Of a DNA stretch of 64,000 nt, positions 8,863-21,393 are shown in pieces. Both the position numbers and the translations under genes were made by a program. The DNA comes from a virus (lineage: Duplodnaviria; Caudoviricetes): IMG/VR virus record IMGVR_UViG_3300017913_002030, positions 1-64,000 of that record, one strand, 5' to 3'. Positions within the stretch are counted from its first letter, which is position 1. The number at the start of each line of letters is the position of its first letter. The notes below the pieces were generated by a model that was given only the letters and a program-made list of their open reading frames with translations, was not told where the DNA came from and made no database searches.

Positions 8863-9771
8863 TTAATTGCCTTCTTTTACTGTCAAATAATCATGTGGTA
8901 CACTTGTACCGCCAAAAAAGTTAATTGCGTAACTAGTGGTGTACCCAGATTCTAATAAATGAAATCCAGTACTTGCAGTCCAAGACCCTGATATAGTCCA
9001 AACCACAGAGTTTGCAAAATGTCCACCACTTTGTGAAAAGGGATCTCCTGATCGACTACCAGATGGATTAACGCTATACCCACCACCAATTGACCCATAC
9101 CAACCCGTATTTGAAATAAGTGCGTATGGAGCGTCATCTGTTGACCATGATGATCCTGTTGTTATAGTGCCAGTTAATTCTACGTAGGTTCTATTAAAAG
9201 AGTATGAATTCAACGTGGTCGAATACGCATTAACTGTCCCTGCCTCTTGAAGTTGCAACAGAGGAAACCTACTGCTGAATATAATATTTGAATCCGCAGT
9301 GCCGCTCCCGTCATAAACTTCTAAACCATAGTCAACATTCTCTGGAGTAGCATCACCTGGCTTTACGGCAACCAAAATATCTATGGGGTACTGATCTCCG
9401 CGAAGATTACTGTATATCCCCACCCTTCTAGGAACGTTACTACTTGGAGTAGTACCAAACATAGCTATAGAATGCCTACCACTATCCTTTTGAATTGAAT
9501 AAGTGTTTGATGAACTAGGTTTAGCAAAAATAAAAACTTTACTATTATCTAAACCAACAGGTAAGTCGAAGAAAAATGTCCAATAAGGGCTTGGATTGTT
9601 TGGGCCATCCCATCCATATAAAATATATCCGTCGCTGGTGGTCACAGTGCTTCCGCCAATAAACGAATGAAGGTTGGTTGGAGTAAATTCTTTCACCTTT
9701 ACTAAAGTGCTGGTATTAGTGCTAAACTGACATACACCGTTACCATTAAAACTTTCTAATCCATATGTCAT
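8863..9771 (-). CDS. Tail-tip/fibre-associated protein with two YG(L)E(V/S) modules
   Basis: MTYGLESFNGNG...QFS and an internal DYGLEVYDGSG...IFSSRFPLL, like small proteins encoded downstream of J-like fibres. Confidence 0.55.
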   Translation of the reverse strand: MTYGLESFNGNGVCQFSTNTSTLVKVKEFTPTNLHSFIGGSTVTTSDGYILYGWDGPNNPSPYWTFFFDLPVGLDNSKVFIFAKPSSSNTYSIQKDSGRHSIAMFGTTPSSNVPRRVGIYSNLRGDQYPIDILVAVKPGDATPENVDYGLEVYDGSGTADSNIIFSSRFPLLQLQEAGTVNAYSTTLNSYSFNRTYVELTGTITTGSSWSTDDAPYALISNTGWYGSIGGGYSVNPSGSRSGDPFSQSGGHFANSVVWTISGSWTASTGFHLLESGYTTSYAINFFGGTSVPHDYLTVKEGN

Positions 9772-9776
9772 TTAAT

Positions 9777-10073
9777 TCACCTATGATATACTGCATAAAC
9801 TATAAAGTCGCTAGATGATGCACCTGCCCACCAATCTATCTTTAATGATGTTTGTGTCGGCATGGTAATTGTAGCGTATTCGCTATAACTAGTAGATTTA
9901 AAACTAGCCATCCCATAAGATGTACCAGACCCATTGACCGCTGGAATTGATATGATCGTCGATGAATTTCCAGAATAAAATACAGTACCTATGGCAACTA
10001 AAAGTGCCGTTGAAGTAGATGCGTCTAACCTAGTTTGGTTGAATTCATTGAAAATCTCTACGCCATAACTCAT
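9777..10073 (-). CDS. Small tail-tip-associated protein
   Basis: MSYGVEIFNEFNQTRLDAS N-terminus; start overlaps the stop of 10070..14047. Confidence 0.55.
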   Translation of the reverse strand: MSYGVEIFNEFNQTRLDASTSTALLVAIGTVFYSGNSSTIISIPAVNGSGTSYGMASFKSTSYSEYATITMPTQTSLKIDWWAGASSSDFIVYAVYHR

Positions 10074-13000
10074 TCTGATAACTTCCCTAGTTTAACGCGA
10101 AGACCTGTGGTATCATTTTGACTGTTTGAATCATAAATTTTAATACTGTCTGCTTTGATAACCATCCTTTCTCCACTACCACCTGCAGATGCGCTAGTAT
10201 CTATTTCACCCCAGTTTGGTGTAATCGAAAGAGTTGATGTATTAATTTGATCGGCCGTAATTGAATTGGTTTTAATTTTACCACCGTCAATTACAGTTTG
10301 TCCGCCTTCCTCAGTGAAGATGTTATTAGTGTTTTCAAATGTAACCAACCCATCAAAACTATACGACTGGAAAGGAGCACTGAACATTAAATCAGAACCT
10401 TCTGAGTATCCAGTTGGCGCGCCAGTAGAAGTAAGAGTTTCGTTTGCAATAAACTTAACTGCCCACCTATCACCAGTCAAATCTGTTCCGTCTGGAGAAA
10501 GAGTCCATTTACCCGATGGTGAAAGTCCGGTAAAGGTTCCATCGACTACGGTATCATTATTTACATATCTAGTAAATGTGAATCTAGTTGCTGATATTGA
10601 TGGAGCGGAGACAGACGCTTCAGTATAATACAGATATCCGGTTTCTGTTCTAGGAATAGTTACATTTATTTCGCCTGGATCTGGTTGTTCAACAACTACT
10701 GGTACAGTTTCTTCGTCAACTTTGACGCCGTCTGTATTTGGTACCCATAACTCGAACGCCACTTCAGTAGTGGCATCCGTAACAGTCCAAGTCATAGATC
10801 CATCGTTTTGAGTCTCATAATTGGAGTTACTGTTACGTCGTCTCCTAATCTGAACTTCACCTGTCGTGGTTACTGTTTGTGGTGCCTGGCCGCCCGTATA
10901 CTTGATGGCGGTTGCAGTAATACTTGATGGTGTGTGCGTCGTGTTAGTCGAGTCTGCCTTAATTACACTGGCGCTCAGTGATAGTCGGTAAACTGTTGGT
11001 GGCGTACCATCGATTCCTGCTTTAACTTTTGTAAGAGTAAATACTGTAGATTTGTTTATAGATGGTACAGTAAATTTCAGAGAAAACTCATCTACATTTT
11101 TACCTACATGAGTAATAGTAGTCTTCAATCCAGACTCAGACCAATTTACTTGATTGACTCCTGTACCTTTAGTTGCGGAGTTACCGACAATAGTAATGTC
11201 TACTTGAGATGCCGTTAATGGTATCGCAGTGTCGCCTAAGAATGCCTGAACTGTTGTCTCAGCACCCACTAAAGAATTTTGATATAACGTCCCATCATTC
11301 TGTGCTGTGATAGAATGATTTTCATTAGTAAGATCTAAAACGATTGCTGAACTGCCGTCTGTCGATATCTTAACAGGATCAGTCCATGTCAAGTCTACGT
11401 CTGTTCCATCAAGATCTTTACTTGTGGCAGTAGTGCGTGACATCCATAGAGGATCACCGTTTGAATTAGATGCTGGTGTATCTTCAGTCCATGCACCTAA
11501 ATCAACAACGTTGCTGCCTGAAGTATAGGTTCCGTCTGGAAGGCTTGTCATAGCATCATCCTCGAAACTGTAGACACCACCCGTAGGAGTATCTGGTTTC
11601 TCAGGCGATCGTATATAAATCTGACCACTGAAGGATGAGTATCCATCTTCGCCGTTATTATGATCTTCATATGGAGCACACCAACCAGTGCCACCATAGT
11701 CTACGCCAGTATCACCATTAATTGCGAAAGTCATTTCACTCTCGAATATAGTGGTGCCTACATCGCTTCCGTCAAATTCGCTTACGTGATCTTTCCATCC
11801 AGGCGGTGGAACAACTGAGTTGCCTGGGATCATTCCGTTGCTATCTAAGTAATCCTGGTTTAAATTTGCTAGATCAATTCCCCAAACTGCTGGATCAGCA
11901 GGATTCTGACCGAAGTTTACAGCACCACCTATTGGTGCAGCCGGTGTTGAATTAGATTTCTTAACGACTCTTACAAGGTAAGTTGATCGACCGTCACGTC
12001 CAGCACCACCCGCAGTTGTTATATCTGGTTCAGACCAATTGATATCATTGTCTACTGCGACAGGATCATCACTTTCTGAACCAGCAGGTGGTTGAGTCGA
12101 AGCAATACCCGTTGTTACAAACAGTTTATAATTTTCATTGTTTGGATCTGGATTGTCTGGTATTACTTTTTTCCATTCTGTATTGCCAGTAGGTACAGTT
12201 AAAGATTTATTTGTAAAATCAAATGATGCATAGTTATTCGCAGGTTTAGTTAATGATTCTGCCGTTGACCACTTATACAAATTTAACTGTAAGAAACTAT
12301 ATCCATCGTTCGCATCGATTGCGTAGTTAATAGACAGTTTAGGTTGTGTAAAAGTTAGACTCTGATCGACGCCATACCATCCTGTCAAGGATGCCACTGT
12401 CGAAACTTCCCATAGATCTTTAGGGTCATTCAGATCTAATGCAGGTGGTTCTTCATACCAAAGATCTGTGAGGCTTGCGCCTGCAACGTTTCCGCTCTGT
12501 GTCTTTACAAATTCATTGTTTGTAAAACTATATGCAACACTGTTACCCGAGTCAATTGCTGCAGGTGGTTCGATGTTGCCGTTAGAGTCATATGTACGAG
12601 ACTTACGAGTATAGAGAGATGCTCTATACGTTGATACCGATTGAACAATTTCAGGAACCGGATCGCTCCAGCCAGGTGGATCTTGAACACTTGCAGACCC
12701 AGTATCGCCTTCGATACGGAAACTATATGTTGACGACCAAACATCTCCATTCACTTTTGGATTTTGACTTTCTGCCCAAGCATAGACTGCATTCAGTGAA
12801 GAGAACCATAAGTCACTATCGTCACGTGTAAATGTATTATTGCCGAAGTTTATAGTGCCTGTTGGTAGAGGTTTATCAGGCGCGTGTGCCGAGAAACCAT
12901 CTGAAGGTGTCCATCCGTCTGGCCTCTCTACCATTTTATAGAGCGCTATCTCTGCGACAGATGTTCCGTTAAGACCTGTTGTCGCAATCTCTGGATCAGA

Positions 13001-14047
13001 CCAAAGAATCGTTGTGTCTATGCGACCATCAGCGTCAGAAGCGATACCGCCTATCACATATAGTTGACCGTCATTAACTGATCCATATGGCGTTTCTTTC
13101 CACCCTGTAGGGGCAGAATACTCGCGAGTATCAAAGTTGAAAGAGCCTACGTCTTCACCATCGTCTGCCGAAGGTTGATCACCCGCATTCAACGGCGTCG
13201 ATGATCTCTTGTATGCCAACAATTGGGCATACTGATCTTGACCATTGTTATCTACTGGGGTTCCGCCAATCAGATAAGGAATAGACCACTGACCACCAAC
13301 GATCAGATCTGTGTCTGATTGTATATCTACAAACTTATAGTTACATGCCCATATTTTAGTAGGGTCACCTTCTACAGCTGCAGGAAGATTTTCGTACCAA
13401 GTAACATCACTTGCTGTAGGTGGGGTCAGTAGACCTTGATTATTATTTGCGGAAAAGTCATATGACCCGCCAGTAGGTTGATTAGGATTTGTCTCTGATC
13501 TTGTATAGATAGTTGCATGAAAAGTAGATGATCCTGGCGTGCCGCCACCACCAACACTGTCTGTTTTATTAGTCCATCTGACGCCGTCCCACTTCAAGAC
13601 TTCGCCCGTGTTCAAGGTCGTCAATTCTACATCCGAAAGCTCATCTAAAGATGTAGCGCCACCGCCACCTAATTCACCAGAGTTTGCAAGTTTTACCCAC
13701 TGACCTGCGTGAGAGTAGTATGCACCGGTATCTGGTGCATTGTGCACATGTGCGAACATACCGTGATAGACAGAGGCATCGATTGCGTCTTCTAATTCTT
13801 GCTTAGTGTTAAACGCGTTGCTGTATAGAATCTTATTACTACCGAGATCTAATGTAGCAGAGGCAAGAAATGCACGAATTTCTTCTTCAGTAAACCCGGT
13901 GTCGTCAACTAGTTTTGCCAATTCCGCGGCAATAAGCGCTAATACATCATCTTCAGTTAGAGTCGATGCTGAATTAAAATTTTCATTAATTTTATCGATC
14001 GCAGCATTGATCTGATCTGCCATATCGATAGTTTGAAAGTCACTCAT
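10070..14047 (-). CDS. Large fibre protein: KINENF N-terminus, ~100-aa beta-rich repeats, J-like C-terminus
   Basis: Repeats of type (F/Y)xxxxYxRS..P..PTGGxYxF...W...WS.P; ends ERMVIKADSIKIYD...LRVKLGKL. Confidence 0.75.
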   Translation of the reverse strand: MSDFQTIDMADQINAAIDKINENFNSASTLTEDDVLALIAAELAKLVDDTGFTEEEIRAFLASATLDLGSNKILYSNAFNTKQELEDAIDASVYHGMFAHVHNAPDTGAYYSHAGQWVKLANSGELGGGGATSLDELSDVELTTLNTGEVLKWDGVRWTNKTDSVGGGGTPGSSTFHATIYTRSETNPNQPTGGSYDFSANNNQGLLTPPTASDVTWYENLPAAVEGDPTKIWACNYKFVDIQSDTDLIVGGQWSIPYLIGGTPVDNNGQDQYAQLLAYKRSSTPLNAGDQPSADDGEDVGSFNFDTREYSAPTGWKETPYGSVNDGQLYVIGGIASDADGRIDTTILWSDPEIATTGLNGTSVAEIALYKMVERPDGWTPSDGFSAHAPDKPLPTGTINFGNNTFTRDDSDLWFSSLNAVYAWAESQNPKVNGDVWSSTYSFRIEGDTGSASVQDPPGWSDPVPEIVQSVSTYRASLYTRKSRTYDSNGNIEPPAAIDSGNSVAYSFTNNEFVKTQSGNVAGASLTDLWYEEPPALDLNDPKDLWEVSTVASLTGWYGVDQSLTFTQPKLSINYAIDANDGYSFLQLNLYKWSTAESLTKPANNYASFDFTNKSLTVPTGNTEWKKVIPDNPDPNNENYKLFVTTGIASTQPPAGSESDDPVAVDNDINWSEPDITTAGGAGRDGRSTYLVRVVKKSNSTPAAPIGGAVNFGQNPADPAVWGIDLANLNQDYLDSNGMIPGNSVVPPPGWKDHVSEFDGSDVGTTIFESEMTFAINGDTGVDYGGTGWCAPYEDHNNGEDGYSSFSGQIYIRSPEKPDTPTGGVYSFEDDAMTSLPDGTYTSGSNVVDLGAWTEDTPASNSNGDPLWMSRTTATSKDLDGTDVDLTWTDPVKISTDGSSAIVLDLTNENHSITAQNDGTLYQNSLVGAETTVQAFLGDTAIPLTASQVDITIVGNSATKGTGVNQVNWSESGLKTTITHVGKNVDEFSLKFTVPSINKSTVFTLTKVKAGIDGTPPTVYRLSLSASVIKADSTNTTHTPSSITATAIKYTGGQAPQTVTTTGEVQIRRRRNSNSNYETQNDGSMTWTVTDATTEVAFELWVPNTDGVKVDEETVPVVVEQPDPGEINVTIPRTETGYLYYTEASVSAPSISATRFTFTRYVNNDTVVDGTFTGLSPSGKWTLSPDGTDLTGDRWAVKFIANETLTSTGAPTGYSEGSDLMFSAPFQSYSFDGLVTFENTNNIFTEEGGQTVIDGGKIKTNSITADQINTSTLSITPNWGEIDTSASAGGSGERMVIKADSIKIYDSNSQNDTTGLRVKLGKLSE

Positions 14048-14273
14048 TATTATCTCCTGATAAACTCATAAGTAATTCTTTGATCTGTCGCATATCATCT
14101 TTTAGTCCTCTCACTTCTTCTGTAAGAGAGTTAATGTGCTCCTGTCTTTCTTCACTTATTCGTCTTTGATTCCTTGCGCTTTCTATTTCGGATTTGTTTG
14201 TATTTAGTATGGCACCGGTGCGAGTATCTCGCACCAGATTGTTATGCCCTTCTACTTTTAAATGTCTGCTCAT
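14040..14273 (-). CDS. Conserved small coiled-coil protein of T4-like phages
   Basis: KVEGHNNLVRDTRTGAILNTN motif followed by a heptad tail; sits next to the VrlC-like gene. Confidence 0.7.
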   Translation of the reverse strand: MSRHLKVEGHNNLVRDTRTGAILNTNKSEIESARNQRRISEERQEHINSLTEEVRGLKDDMRQIKELLMSLSGDNNE

Positions 14274-14278
14274 ATTGT

Positions 14279-17200
14279 TTAGTTCTGTTGAACATCAGTT
14301 CCTGAGTTAGAATCGCCACCTGTACTATCTCCGCTACCACCCGCGCCACTAGAATCGTTACCTGATTCTGACGTTTCAGGAGTAAGTTCTCTAGAGATAC
14401 TATAGTAGTTTACAATCGCCCCAAGAATTACATTTGTATCTCTTAGAGTACCTTTGCTATAAGTGTACCCATCATTCGCGTCAATTGAAAGAACGCTGTC
14501 ATCAGACAACCCCTCTATTTGATTCGATGGGTATGGTACAGTTTCTCCGTTCCACCAAAGATTCGCAATCGTGATCGGTCCTGGAGTTGATGGGCCCAAC
14601 GTCACGAATGTTGAGAGAATATCTTGTTCTTGTGAATATCTCTCACCATTGAAGTCTATACAACCTAATGCATAGTATTCAACCGATTGATTGAATTGTG
14701 ATGTCTCTTGATAGTCACCTTTATGGTAAGTAATTTCTGCAACCTCATGAGTTGTTTCTTCGCCATAGAATGTTGCCAAAGTTTTGTTTTCGACAATTAT
14801 TTCATTCCAAAGACCGTTAGTCTTCCACATTGTTGCCGGATAATCATAGACGTAAGTTAGTGGTTCTGGCTCAGGTTCTGGTTGTGGCTCCGGTTCAGGT
14901 TCTGGCTCCGGTTCTGGCTCAGGTTCCGGTTGTGGTTCCGGCTGTGGTTCCGGTTGTGGTTCAGGACCTGGCTCCGGTTGTGGTTCCGGCTGTGGTTCTG
15001 GTTCAGGTAAAGGCTCCTGAGGGTTCAGATCAAGATCAACTGGAGTGCCGTACTTATTTAATCCACTTGGAGTGATCAAAGAAATTGCCCTGAGATCAGT
15101 AATCATAGGTGATTTTGATGAATTGTTAGATGTCATCACAATCATCACTTGGAACACAGTAAAAGGTTCTGCGTCTAAAGTGTACTCATAGTCACGGAAG
15201 ATGTCTGGATTTTCATCTGTAGGCATCTCTGTGTCGATGTCAATCTCAGTCCACCATGCATCAGAAAATTCATTCTCATCTAAAGAAGTACGTGCGTATA
15301 CTTTAAAGTTAGATCCTCTTGCTCTGTTTGCGGCAAATATAATCTTAAGACCTTCTGACAGTTCATCAATAATAACAGGGGTCGTAATGTGCTGTGTGGC
15401 AAAAGAACGATCCTGAGCATTGTCACTATTAAGATCTGGTGTGTTAATTACGTTTTCTAGTGTAATGACAGAAACTCGCTGAAGATCAATAACTGGAGAT
15501 ACTTTACTATCACCTGTTGACATATTGAGTGTAAACTCTAATGACTTTGATACTACGTTAGGTGTAACACCAATAACATTAGGAGCATTATTGACATTCA
15601 AGTCATTTAGTGATACACTCTCAGTTCTAGGTAACTGAGGATCATCAACATAAGAAATTGATGAAGTTGTGCGTCCAGATCCATACGATGAACCTAGTGT
15701 TTTTCTAACAGTAGAATTAATGCCTGTTGCATTAGGAGTGAATGATTGTATCTGAGGAATGTATTGATCATACATCACTTGCTCAGACGCAGTGACATCG
15801 TCACCACCACCTAACGCAGATTCGGTTGCATTAGTAGATACAGTAATTCTATATCCTTCCCATGTAGGATTCGATACAGTAAACAGTCCATTAAGAGTTA
15901 CACCAGCGAAGCCCACTGTATCGCTCAAAGAGACTTTATCACCGTGAGTAAAACCATGTCCTCGATGATATACAAAGACGCTGTTAGATCCAGAGACTGT
16001 TTCAAATGGATCTGGTGGTAGTGTAACTTTTGGCAAGTCTGCGTTTTCTAGTATAAGTTTACCAGAAGACTGGAACTCTGCACGATCTAGTTCGAACATA
16101 AGATCTTTTGTTTGATCCGGCGTCCATGTCGAACCATTTTGTGACATGAATAGAGAACCTAAAGTTGGTTGACGCGTGACACGTGCTTCTTTGCTAGGTC
16201 CTAATACAAACTCATATGTTTGTGCAGTGTATACATTATAGTCGATAGACTCCGCGAGTAGTACTATAGCATACTCCTCGCCTGCTGTCAAGTAAACTGG
16301 TTCATCGAATACAACTTCTGTCGCGTTTCTTCTTACTTCAGTGATATCAGTCTGCTCAGTTAGAGGCGTCACTGGAATATCAGAAGGATTAACAAACTTA
16401 ACTGAACCAGGAACGACACGATTAGTAGGTACACCGTTTTCTACAGAACGAATTTGTATCTGTAGAGGGATGACTGAGTCTTTACTCTCAACAAACACAC
16501 GAGCCTTAGTTAAGAAGAGACCATTAGGATTTTCTATTTGATCGACGAAGAAAGTTTGTGCCAGAGGGTCACGCCAATATGTTGTTTCAACAACACGTGT
16601 AGTTCGCATAGTACGCTGAACTGTTTCAATAGTACCCACTGACGTATAACCAGCGCGACTAATTGACGTTGAACCTTCTTCGTTATCAATGTTGATATCG
16701 AGTAGTTTAAACTCTTGGCGACCTGTTCTGAAACTAATGTTAGGTGTATTAGGTAGGAAGAAACTACCAATCAGTTCGCCCTTTTCGTCTGTAACTAGAT
16801 CGCCTTTACCACCCAGTGCAGAAGGATACTCAGATGCATTCGCGTATTGGTTTCCGTACTCAGTAGGATCATCTGAGAAGTTAGTGTACGTAGATTCAGG
16901 TCGAACCCAGTTACTTACATTTTTGCTACCAAAGTAAGCAAACATGCGAGTGTTAGGTCGTAGACCTTGAACTCGGAAACTAATCTTACGAGAACGCATG
17001 AAAGGTATAATTTCAATATCAAGTATGCGTTCACCGATGAATTCTTGAATTGTCTTCGACGTGGTGCGAGAACGAATTCTTGCAGTAGGTCGATTGAAGA
17101 AAGACGGCAAATATGTCGAGATTCTTCGCACAACATTCTGCATGATGTCTGGTAGACGTTTCGTCTCTACCCATTCATCTGACGCAGGCGATAGAGTCAT

Positions 17201-19969
17201 GAAACCATTTTGCGTAATAACAGCAAATGGGTTGACATTGTCCGTTCCCGTCGCCAACAATTGTGAAATCATATTCACATCTGTATGTGGTAATGTGATC
17301 AGATCACCTTTCTTGGTGACGTTGTTTTCTGTATTCGATGAATTGTATCTTAAACGAACAGAATTTTCAATAAACGGTGGTCGTAACAGACCTTCAGGAT
17401 CAACTGAAGCACGATACGCAGGATTGTGTACGTCAGAGAAATTCAATGTACTGAAGTTATCTGCAATAAAGCCTGCTTTAGTTCTATTGACGCCATTAGC
17501 ATCTAGTACCTGTAAGACGTTCGTGTTTGTCTCTAGGAAACTCAATGCGGTTAGCTCATACAAGTTTTCTACGCGATCTGACAATCGAGAGATGTCTTTC
17601 ATCGTAAATCGACGATTAGGTATAAATGTACTTGTTACATCCGATCGATCGATTGTATACGCATTCAAAGTAAACTTATATAAAGCAAGAGATCCTGCAG
17701 GAATTTCTGGTTCACGAGGATTAATTGATGGCTGACCCTGTATGACTTGTAACTCACCGTAACCAACATCACCACGACTATCAGTCGCATTTACAACCAA
17801 AATGTCTGTACGCGGTAGATAGTATTCTAATTCATCGATTGTAATAGATGATGCATTTTGTGGTAGAGGAATTACGTTGTAGTCACCACCAAGAATTCTA
17901 TCTGGTCTAAAGTCTAAGACATCACGTAGAGATATTGATTCACCAGTGCTCAATGTTGTATGAGTAGGGATATCTTTGTAGTCTAATTCTGGGTATGAAC
18001 TTGCCGCAAAGAAAGTGCCGTTACCCGAACGAGCAAAGAAAGTATATGTTATTTCTACTTGTTGAGCGGAAGAAGGAAGTTCATAACCTTCTTTTAGATG
18101 TGCAATAGAGATGCCGTAGTAGTTATCTCTCTGACCATTATCCAGAGTCCACTGATAAGTGATATCTTCGCCACTAGGCAGAAGTTTTACTTTATCGATA
18201 GAGACTACATCAACAACGTCTAATGATACGGTCCCATCGGTAAGAGGTAGTGCTGTAGTTTTAACACCCTCTTGACTTGTTTTAGTTTTAGGTGTTGTAG
18301 TGACTTCTTCGAAATACGCAACAGAGTATGACTTCGATGTGTCGAGACCGCTGTAAACAGATGTGCCGTCAGAGTTATCTTGTGCTACTGCAAGATCACC
18401 TGTCAGAATAGGTCCGTTTGTTTCAGAGATGACCCAAGAAGATGATTCAACACCAGCCAGAGTAATTGTGCCGTCTGATTGAGGTGTAATGTTTCCGATA
18501 TATCGTTGCGCAGTATAATCAATCTTCTGAATACTGTCTTGTTTAGGCGAACGATATGGCAGTGAGAATAAAAGATCATTATTAGATGTGCCGTACAAGA
18601 ATGGCTTAGTTACAGGAATAACATTCCCACCATCATGTAGTGCAACAACAGCAGAGAAAGGTTGGCGCTGATTTGTGCCTGCGACAATTAGATCCATCTT
18701 CACGTCGAAGATGTATAGTCGAGTTCCTACAGCATCACGAGAAATGCCTCGAACGTTTGCAGTACCAATCTTGCCGTTTGCGCCATGAAGTTCTACGCCG
18801 CCGAAAACATTCAGTCGGCCAAATCCTTCAGTAGTTGCTTCGTCAATATAAACCCAATTACCATAAACAGCAGGCACTGCCTCTGATTCTTGCGTTCTAG
18901 TTTCACGTGCCTTAGGTACTGTGATATCTGTTGTGTTTACTTCTAGACGATAACCATCTACGTACGCAACACCTTCCGTGACATCTAGATTTAGATTGTC
19001 ATCATCTAAATTTTCAAAGATCGCCTTAAATTCTTCTACAACATAATCGCCAGATTCTTCTTTTGTGCGTAACGCCAACAAATCATTGATACGATTATAT
19101 GCGTTAAATGTACTGACTTCTCTTGTAATAACACCATCTACAATACGTGCAACAAAAACAAAGTTAACATCAATAGGATCATTTTGAGGACGTACGGCAG
19201 GAATTAATTTAATTTGATATCGATGTGCGCCAGGAGAAGTAAGATTAGGAACCTCACCTTGATTGTCATATAGCTTTTCATCGTCACTCTCAGTGACAAT
19301 GTTCTGCTCGACGATAAAACCAAAGTCTACTGTTGGCTTGTCACTATACTTATCGACAAAGAAACTACCACCAGACAGATAAACAAAGTGACCTTGTACG
19401 AAGAAATCACCAGATGCAAAATTTGCTTTAGTTGCTTTACCCGCTGGTTGAATGACGATCGGTTCTACTGTACCATCTTTAAATTCAACATCGACATCAC
19501 GAACTTTCATATATGGCGAAGTGAACCCATCACTCAACGTGATTGTATCACCTGCCGAAACTCTAGGTGCAGTCTGTGCGTTTATCACTGCACTTGTATC
19601 TGTGTATTGAACATACAGAGTAATTGGATCATTATCCATAACTCCATACACTTCTAATACTTTAAACTTAACTGTGCCGTTAGTTAGTGATGCACCAACA
19701 AGAGACTCATCGTATACACTGTCGTCTGTTAGTCGAATATATTCAAGTGTGTTGTTGACAGTCGCACCACCTGGATTGACCATCGCACCTTCTTTAAAGA
19801 TGTTCTGACCAAATCGTGCGATTTCTTCATGAATAATTCTTTGAGATTCTGTTAGTTCTCGCGCTTGAAGTGCTCGTCCTGCATTATACAATACACGATG
19901 ATACCCATCTTCTTTGTCGTAAAAGTCTCGATAGGTTTCGCGAAACGTTTTATTTGTAAAATCAGTCAT
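14279..19969 (-). CDS. VrlC-like/DUF4815 large baseplate structural protein with C-terminal extension
   Basis: [46 protein letters not shown] and [11 protein letters not shown] motifs. Confidence 0.85.
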   Translation of the reverse strand: MTDFTNKTFRETYRDFYDKEDGYHRVLYNAGRALQARELTESQRIIHEEIARFGQNIFKEGAMVNPGGATVNNTLEYIRLTDDSVYDESLVGASLTNGTVKFKVLEVYGVMDNDPITLYVQYTDTSAVINAQTAPRVSAGDTITLSDGFTSPYMKVRDVDVEFKDGTVEPIVIQPAGKATKANFASGDFFVQGHFVYLSGGSFFVDKYSDKPTVDFGFIVEQNIVTESDDEKLYDNQGEVPNLTSPGAHRYQIKLIPAVRPQNDPIDVNFVFVARIVDGVITREVSTFNAYNRINDLLALRTKEESGDYVVEEFKAIFENLDDDNLNLDVTEGVAYVDGYRLEVNTTDITVPKARETRTQESEAVPAVYGNWVYIDEATTEGFGRLNVFGGVELHGANGKIGTANVRGISRDAVGTRLYIFDVKMDLIVAGTNQRQPFSAVVALHDGGNVIPVTKPFLYGTSNNDLLFSLPYRSPKQDSIQKIDYTAQRYIGNITPQSDGTITLAGVESSSWVISETNGPILTGDLAVAQDNSDGTSVYSGLDTSKSYSVAYFEEVTTTPKTKTSQEGVKTTALPLTDGTVSLDVVDVVSIDKVKLLPSGEDITYQWTLDNGQRDNYYGISIAHLKEGYELPSSAQQVEITYTFFARSGNGTFFAASSYPELDYKDIPTHTTLSTGESISLRDVLDFRPDRILGGDYNVIPLPQNASSITIDELEYYLPRTDILVVNATDSRGDVGYGELQVIQGQPSINPREPEIPAGSLALYKFTLNAYTIDRSDVTSTFIPNRRFTMKDISRLSDRVENLYELTALSFLETNTNVLQVLDANGVNRTKAGFIADNFSTLNFSDVHNPAYRASVDPEGLLRPPFIENSVRLRYNSSNTENNVTKKGDLITLPHTDVNMISQLLATGTDNVNPFAVITQNGFMTLSPASDEWVETKRLPDIMQNVVRRISTYLPSFFNRPTARIRSRTTSKTIQEFIGERILDIEIIPFMRSRKISFRVQGLRPNTRMFAYFGSKNVSNWVRPESTYTNFSDDPTEYGNQYANASEYPSALGGKGDLVTDEKGELIGSFFLPNTPNISFRTGRQEFKLLDINIDNEEGSTSISRAGYTSVGTIETVQRTMRTTRVVETTYWRDPLAQTFFVDQIENPNGLFLTKARVFVESKDSVIPLQIQIRSVENGVPTNRVVPGSVKFVNPSDIPVTPLTEQTDITEVRRNATEVVFDEPVYLTAGEEYAIVLLAESIDYNVYTAQTYEFVLGPSKEARVTRQPTLGSLFMSQNGSTWTPDQTKDLMFELDRAEFQSSGKLILENADLPKVTLPPDPFETVSGSNSVFVYHRGHGFTHGDKVSLSDTVGFAGVTLNGLFTVSNPTWEGYRITVSTNATESALGGGDDVTASEQVMYDQYIPQIQSFTPNATGINSTVRKTLGSSYGSGRTTSSISYVDDPQLPRTESVSLNDLNVNNAPNVIGVTPNVVSKSLEFTLNMSTGDSKVSPVIDLQRVSVITLENVINTPDLNSDNAQDRSFATQHITTPVIIDELSEGLKIIFAANRARGSNFKVYARTSLDENEFSDAWWTEIDIDTEMPTDENPDIFRDYEYTLDAEPFTVFQVMIVMTSNNSSKSPMITDLRAISLITPSGLNKYGTPVDLDLNPQEPLPEPEPQPEPQPEPGPEPQPEPQPEPQPEPEPEPEPEPEPEPQPEPEPEPLTYVYDYPATMWKTNGLWNEIIVENKTLATFYGEETTHEVAEITYHKGDYQETSQFNQSVEYYALGCIDFNGERYSQEQDILSTFVTLGPSTPGPITIANLWWNGETVPYPSNQIEGLSDDSVLSIDANDGYTYSKGTLRDTNVILGAIVNYYSISRELTPETSESGNDSSGAGGSGDSTGGDSNSGTDVQQN
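14861..15019 (-). repeat. Pro-Glu/Pro-Gln linker repeat (PEPEPQ)n
   Basis: 6/12-bp periodic ggttctggctca/ggttgtggttcc tract. Confidence 0.9.
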
Positions 19970-19977
19970 CGTATATC

Positions 19978-21336
19978 CTATATTGTAATAACGACCTTAA
20001 TGTCTTCTTGTTGTTCTGCGTCTCTTCGAATGCGAGAACGATTCTCGACATAAAGAACTTGACCACTGTGTCTATCTATTTCGACTTTATCTGTTAATCC
20101 GTCAATGTCATGACTCTTACCAGTACCTACTTGATTGACATTATCATCAATCTTAAATTCTTTATAACCAGTACTGTCATTTTGATGATAGTAAACAATA
20201 TTACCAACACATTCATTAACGTATGCTTCTGCACCGTCCTCGCCTACTCGAATTCTACTACCTTGATCAAATGTGGCGTCGGCGTCTAAATGAAGAGCAG
20301 GCAGAACCTTAGCAGACACCTCAGTGAATGCTTCTCCGTCTGGTGTCAATGGGTCTTCAATAACACCAATTTGACGGAATTCATTTTCAACAATGAATGT
20401 ATTGCCTTCAGTGCCGTCTGGTTTAATATTCAACATGACAGAGCTTGTTTTTAAATCAACTACAGGATCGTTACCTAAGTGAGGAACTATTACTGGTCTC
20501 AGAACGCATGGAGTATCAGTTGTTGCGCCACTAAGAACAAACTCTGCGCGAGTGTAACCCGAACCGTAATTTGTCATAGTGACTTTTGTTACCTTACCAT
20601 CAACAACAGTTGCGATTGCTGCGGCATTTTCACCATCACCTTGAACTTCTACAGTAACATCACCTGCATACGCAGCGCCAGCATCAACAACTTCACATCT
20701 AATGATTTGACCTTTAGTTGCAGAGTTGATAACATTCATTTGCAGATCTTCGATCGCTGAGTTATCACAGTTAGATACAGGACCCGTCATGGCTACAGGG
20801 ACGTGATTACTCGAAAGAAATTGATAGATCTGTTGAGGTGTTAACTTGAATAGAAACTTCCAAACATAACCATCACTTGTTCTAAATGGTTTAGTGTAGT
20901 CAACATTGAGTTCGCAGTAACTAGGTTTTACAGTAGACGGCAAAAGAACGCCTTGCGCGTCTCTACCTGTCTCTAAACACACATAAACTTCTTTCGCGTT
21001 ATTCATAACATAAAAGAACGTATCGTGTACAGTCTCTTTCGTATCAGACCACTCTGAATAGATTGTATCCTTTACCCAGTTATTACGCTTGATAGCGAAT
21101 ACAGCACCTTCTACTTTCTTAATAGATTGTAGACTGTTTCTAAATTCGCTCTCTTCTAAATTAGAGTCTGCTGGCAGATAAGGATAATCAATTTTTTCTT
21201 CACCGTCAACGACAGCTGTCGGAAAAATATCTGATTTTCCAATTCCAATATAGTGTTGTTTTTCTGAACCGAGAACGTCTGCAAGAAACTGTCTTGCGAG
21301 ATTTATATTTAACGATTGTCTTACTGTAGCCGGCAT
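19978..21336 (-). CDS. gp8: Baseplate wedge subunit gp8
   Basis: RNNW...Y..W, FYVMN...VYVCL, PSTVKP and DGYVWKFLF motifs; ends [11 protein letters not shown]. Confidence 0.85.
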   Translation of the reverse strand: MPATVRQSLNINLARQFLADVLGSEKQHYIGIGKSDIFPTAVVDGEEKIDYPYLPADSNLEESEFRNSLQSIKKVEGAVFAIKRNNWVKDTIYSEWSDTKETVHDTFFYVMNNAKEVYVCLETGRDAQGVLLPSTVKPSYCELNVDYTKPFRTSDGYVWKFLFKLTPQQIYQFLSSNHVPVAMTGPVSNCDNSAIEDLQMNVINSATKGQIIRCEVVDAGAAYAGDVTVEVQGDGENAAAIATVVDGKVTKVTMTNYGSGYTRAEFVLSGATTDTPCVLRPVIVPHLGNDPVVDLKTSSVMLNIKPDGTEGNTFIVENEFRQIGVIEDPLTPDGEAFTEVSAKVLPALHLDADATFDQGSRIRVGEDGAEAYVNECVGNIVYYHQNDSTGYKEFKIDDNVNQVGTGKSHDIDGLTDKVEIDRHSGQVLYVENRSRIRRDAEQQEDIKVVITI

Positions 21337-21349
21337 TTCATTTTCCTGT

Positions 21350-21380
21350 AAAAAACCCTTAACTTATATATAGGGCTTTT
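21350..21380 (-). terminator. Probable intrinsic terminator
   Basis: Minus strand AAAAGCCCU...AGGGUUUUUU between 21394..26772 and gp8. Confidence 0.55.
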
Positions 21381-21393
21381 GTTAAAATATTAA

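Noticed and set aside
17061-17735. 224-aa plus-strand ORF
   Set aside because: Antisense shadow inside the VrlC-like gene.
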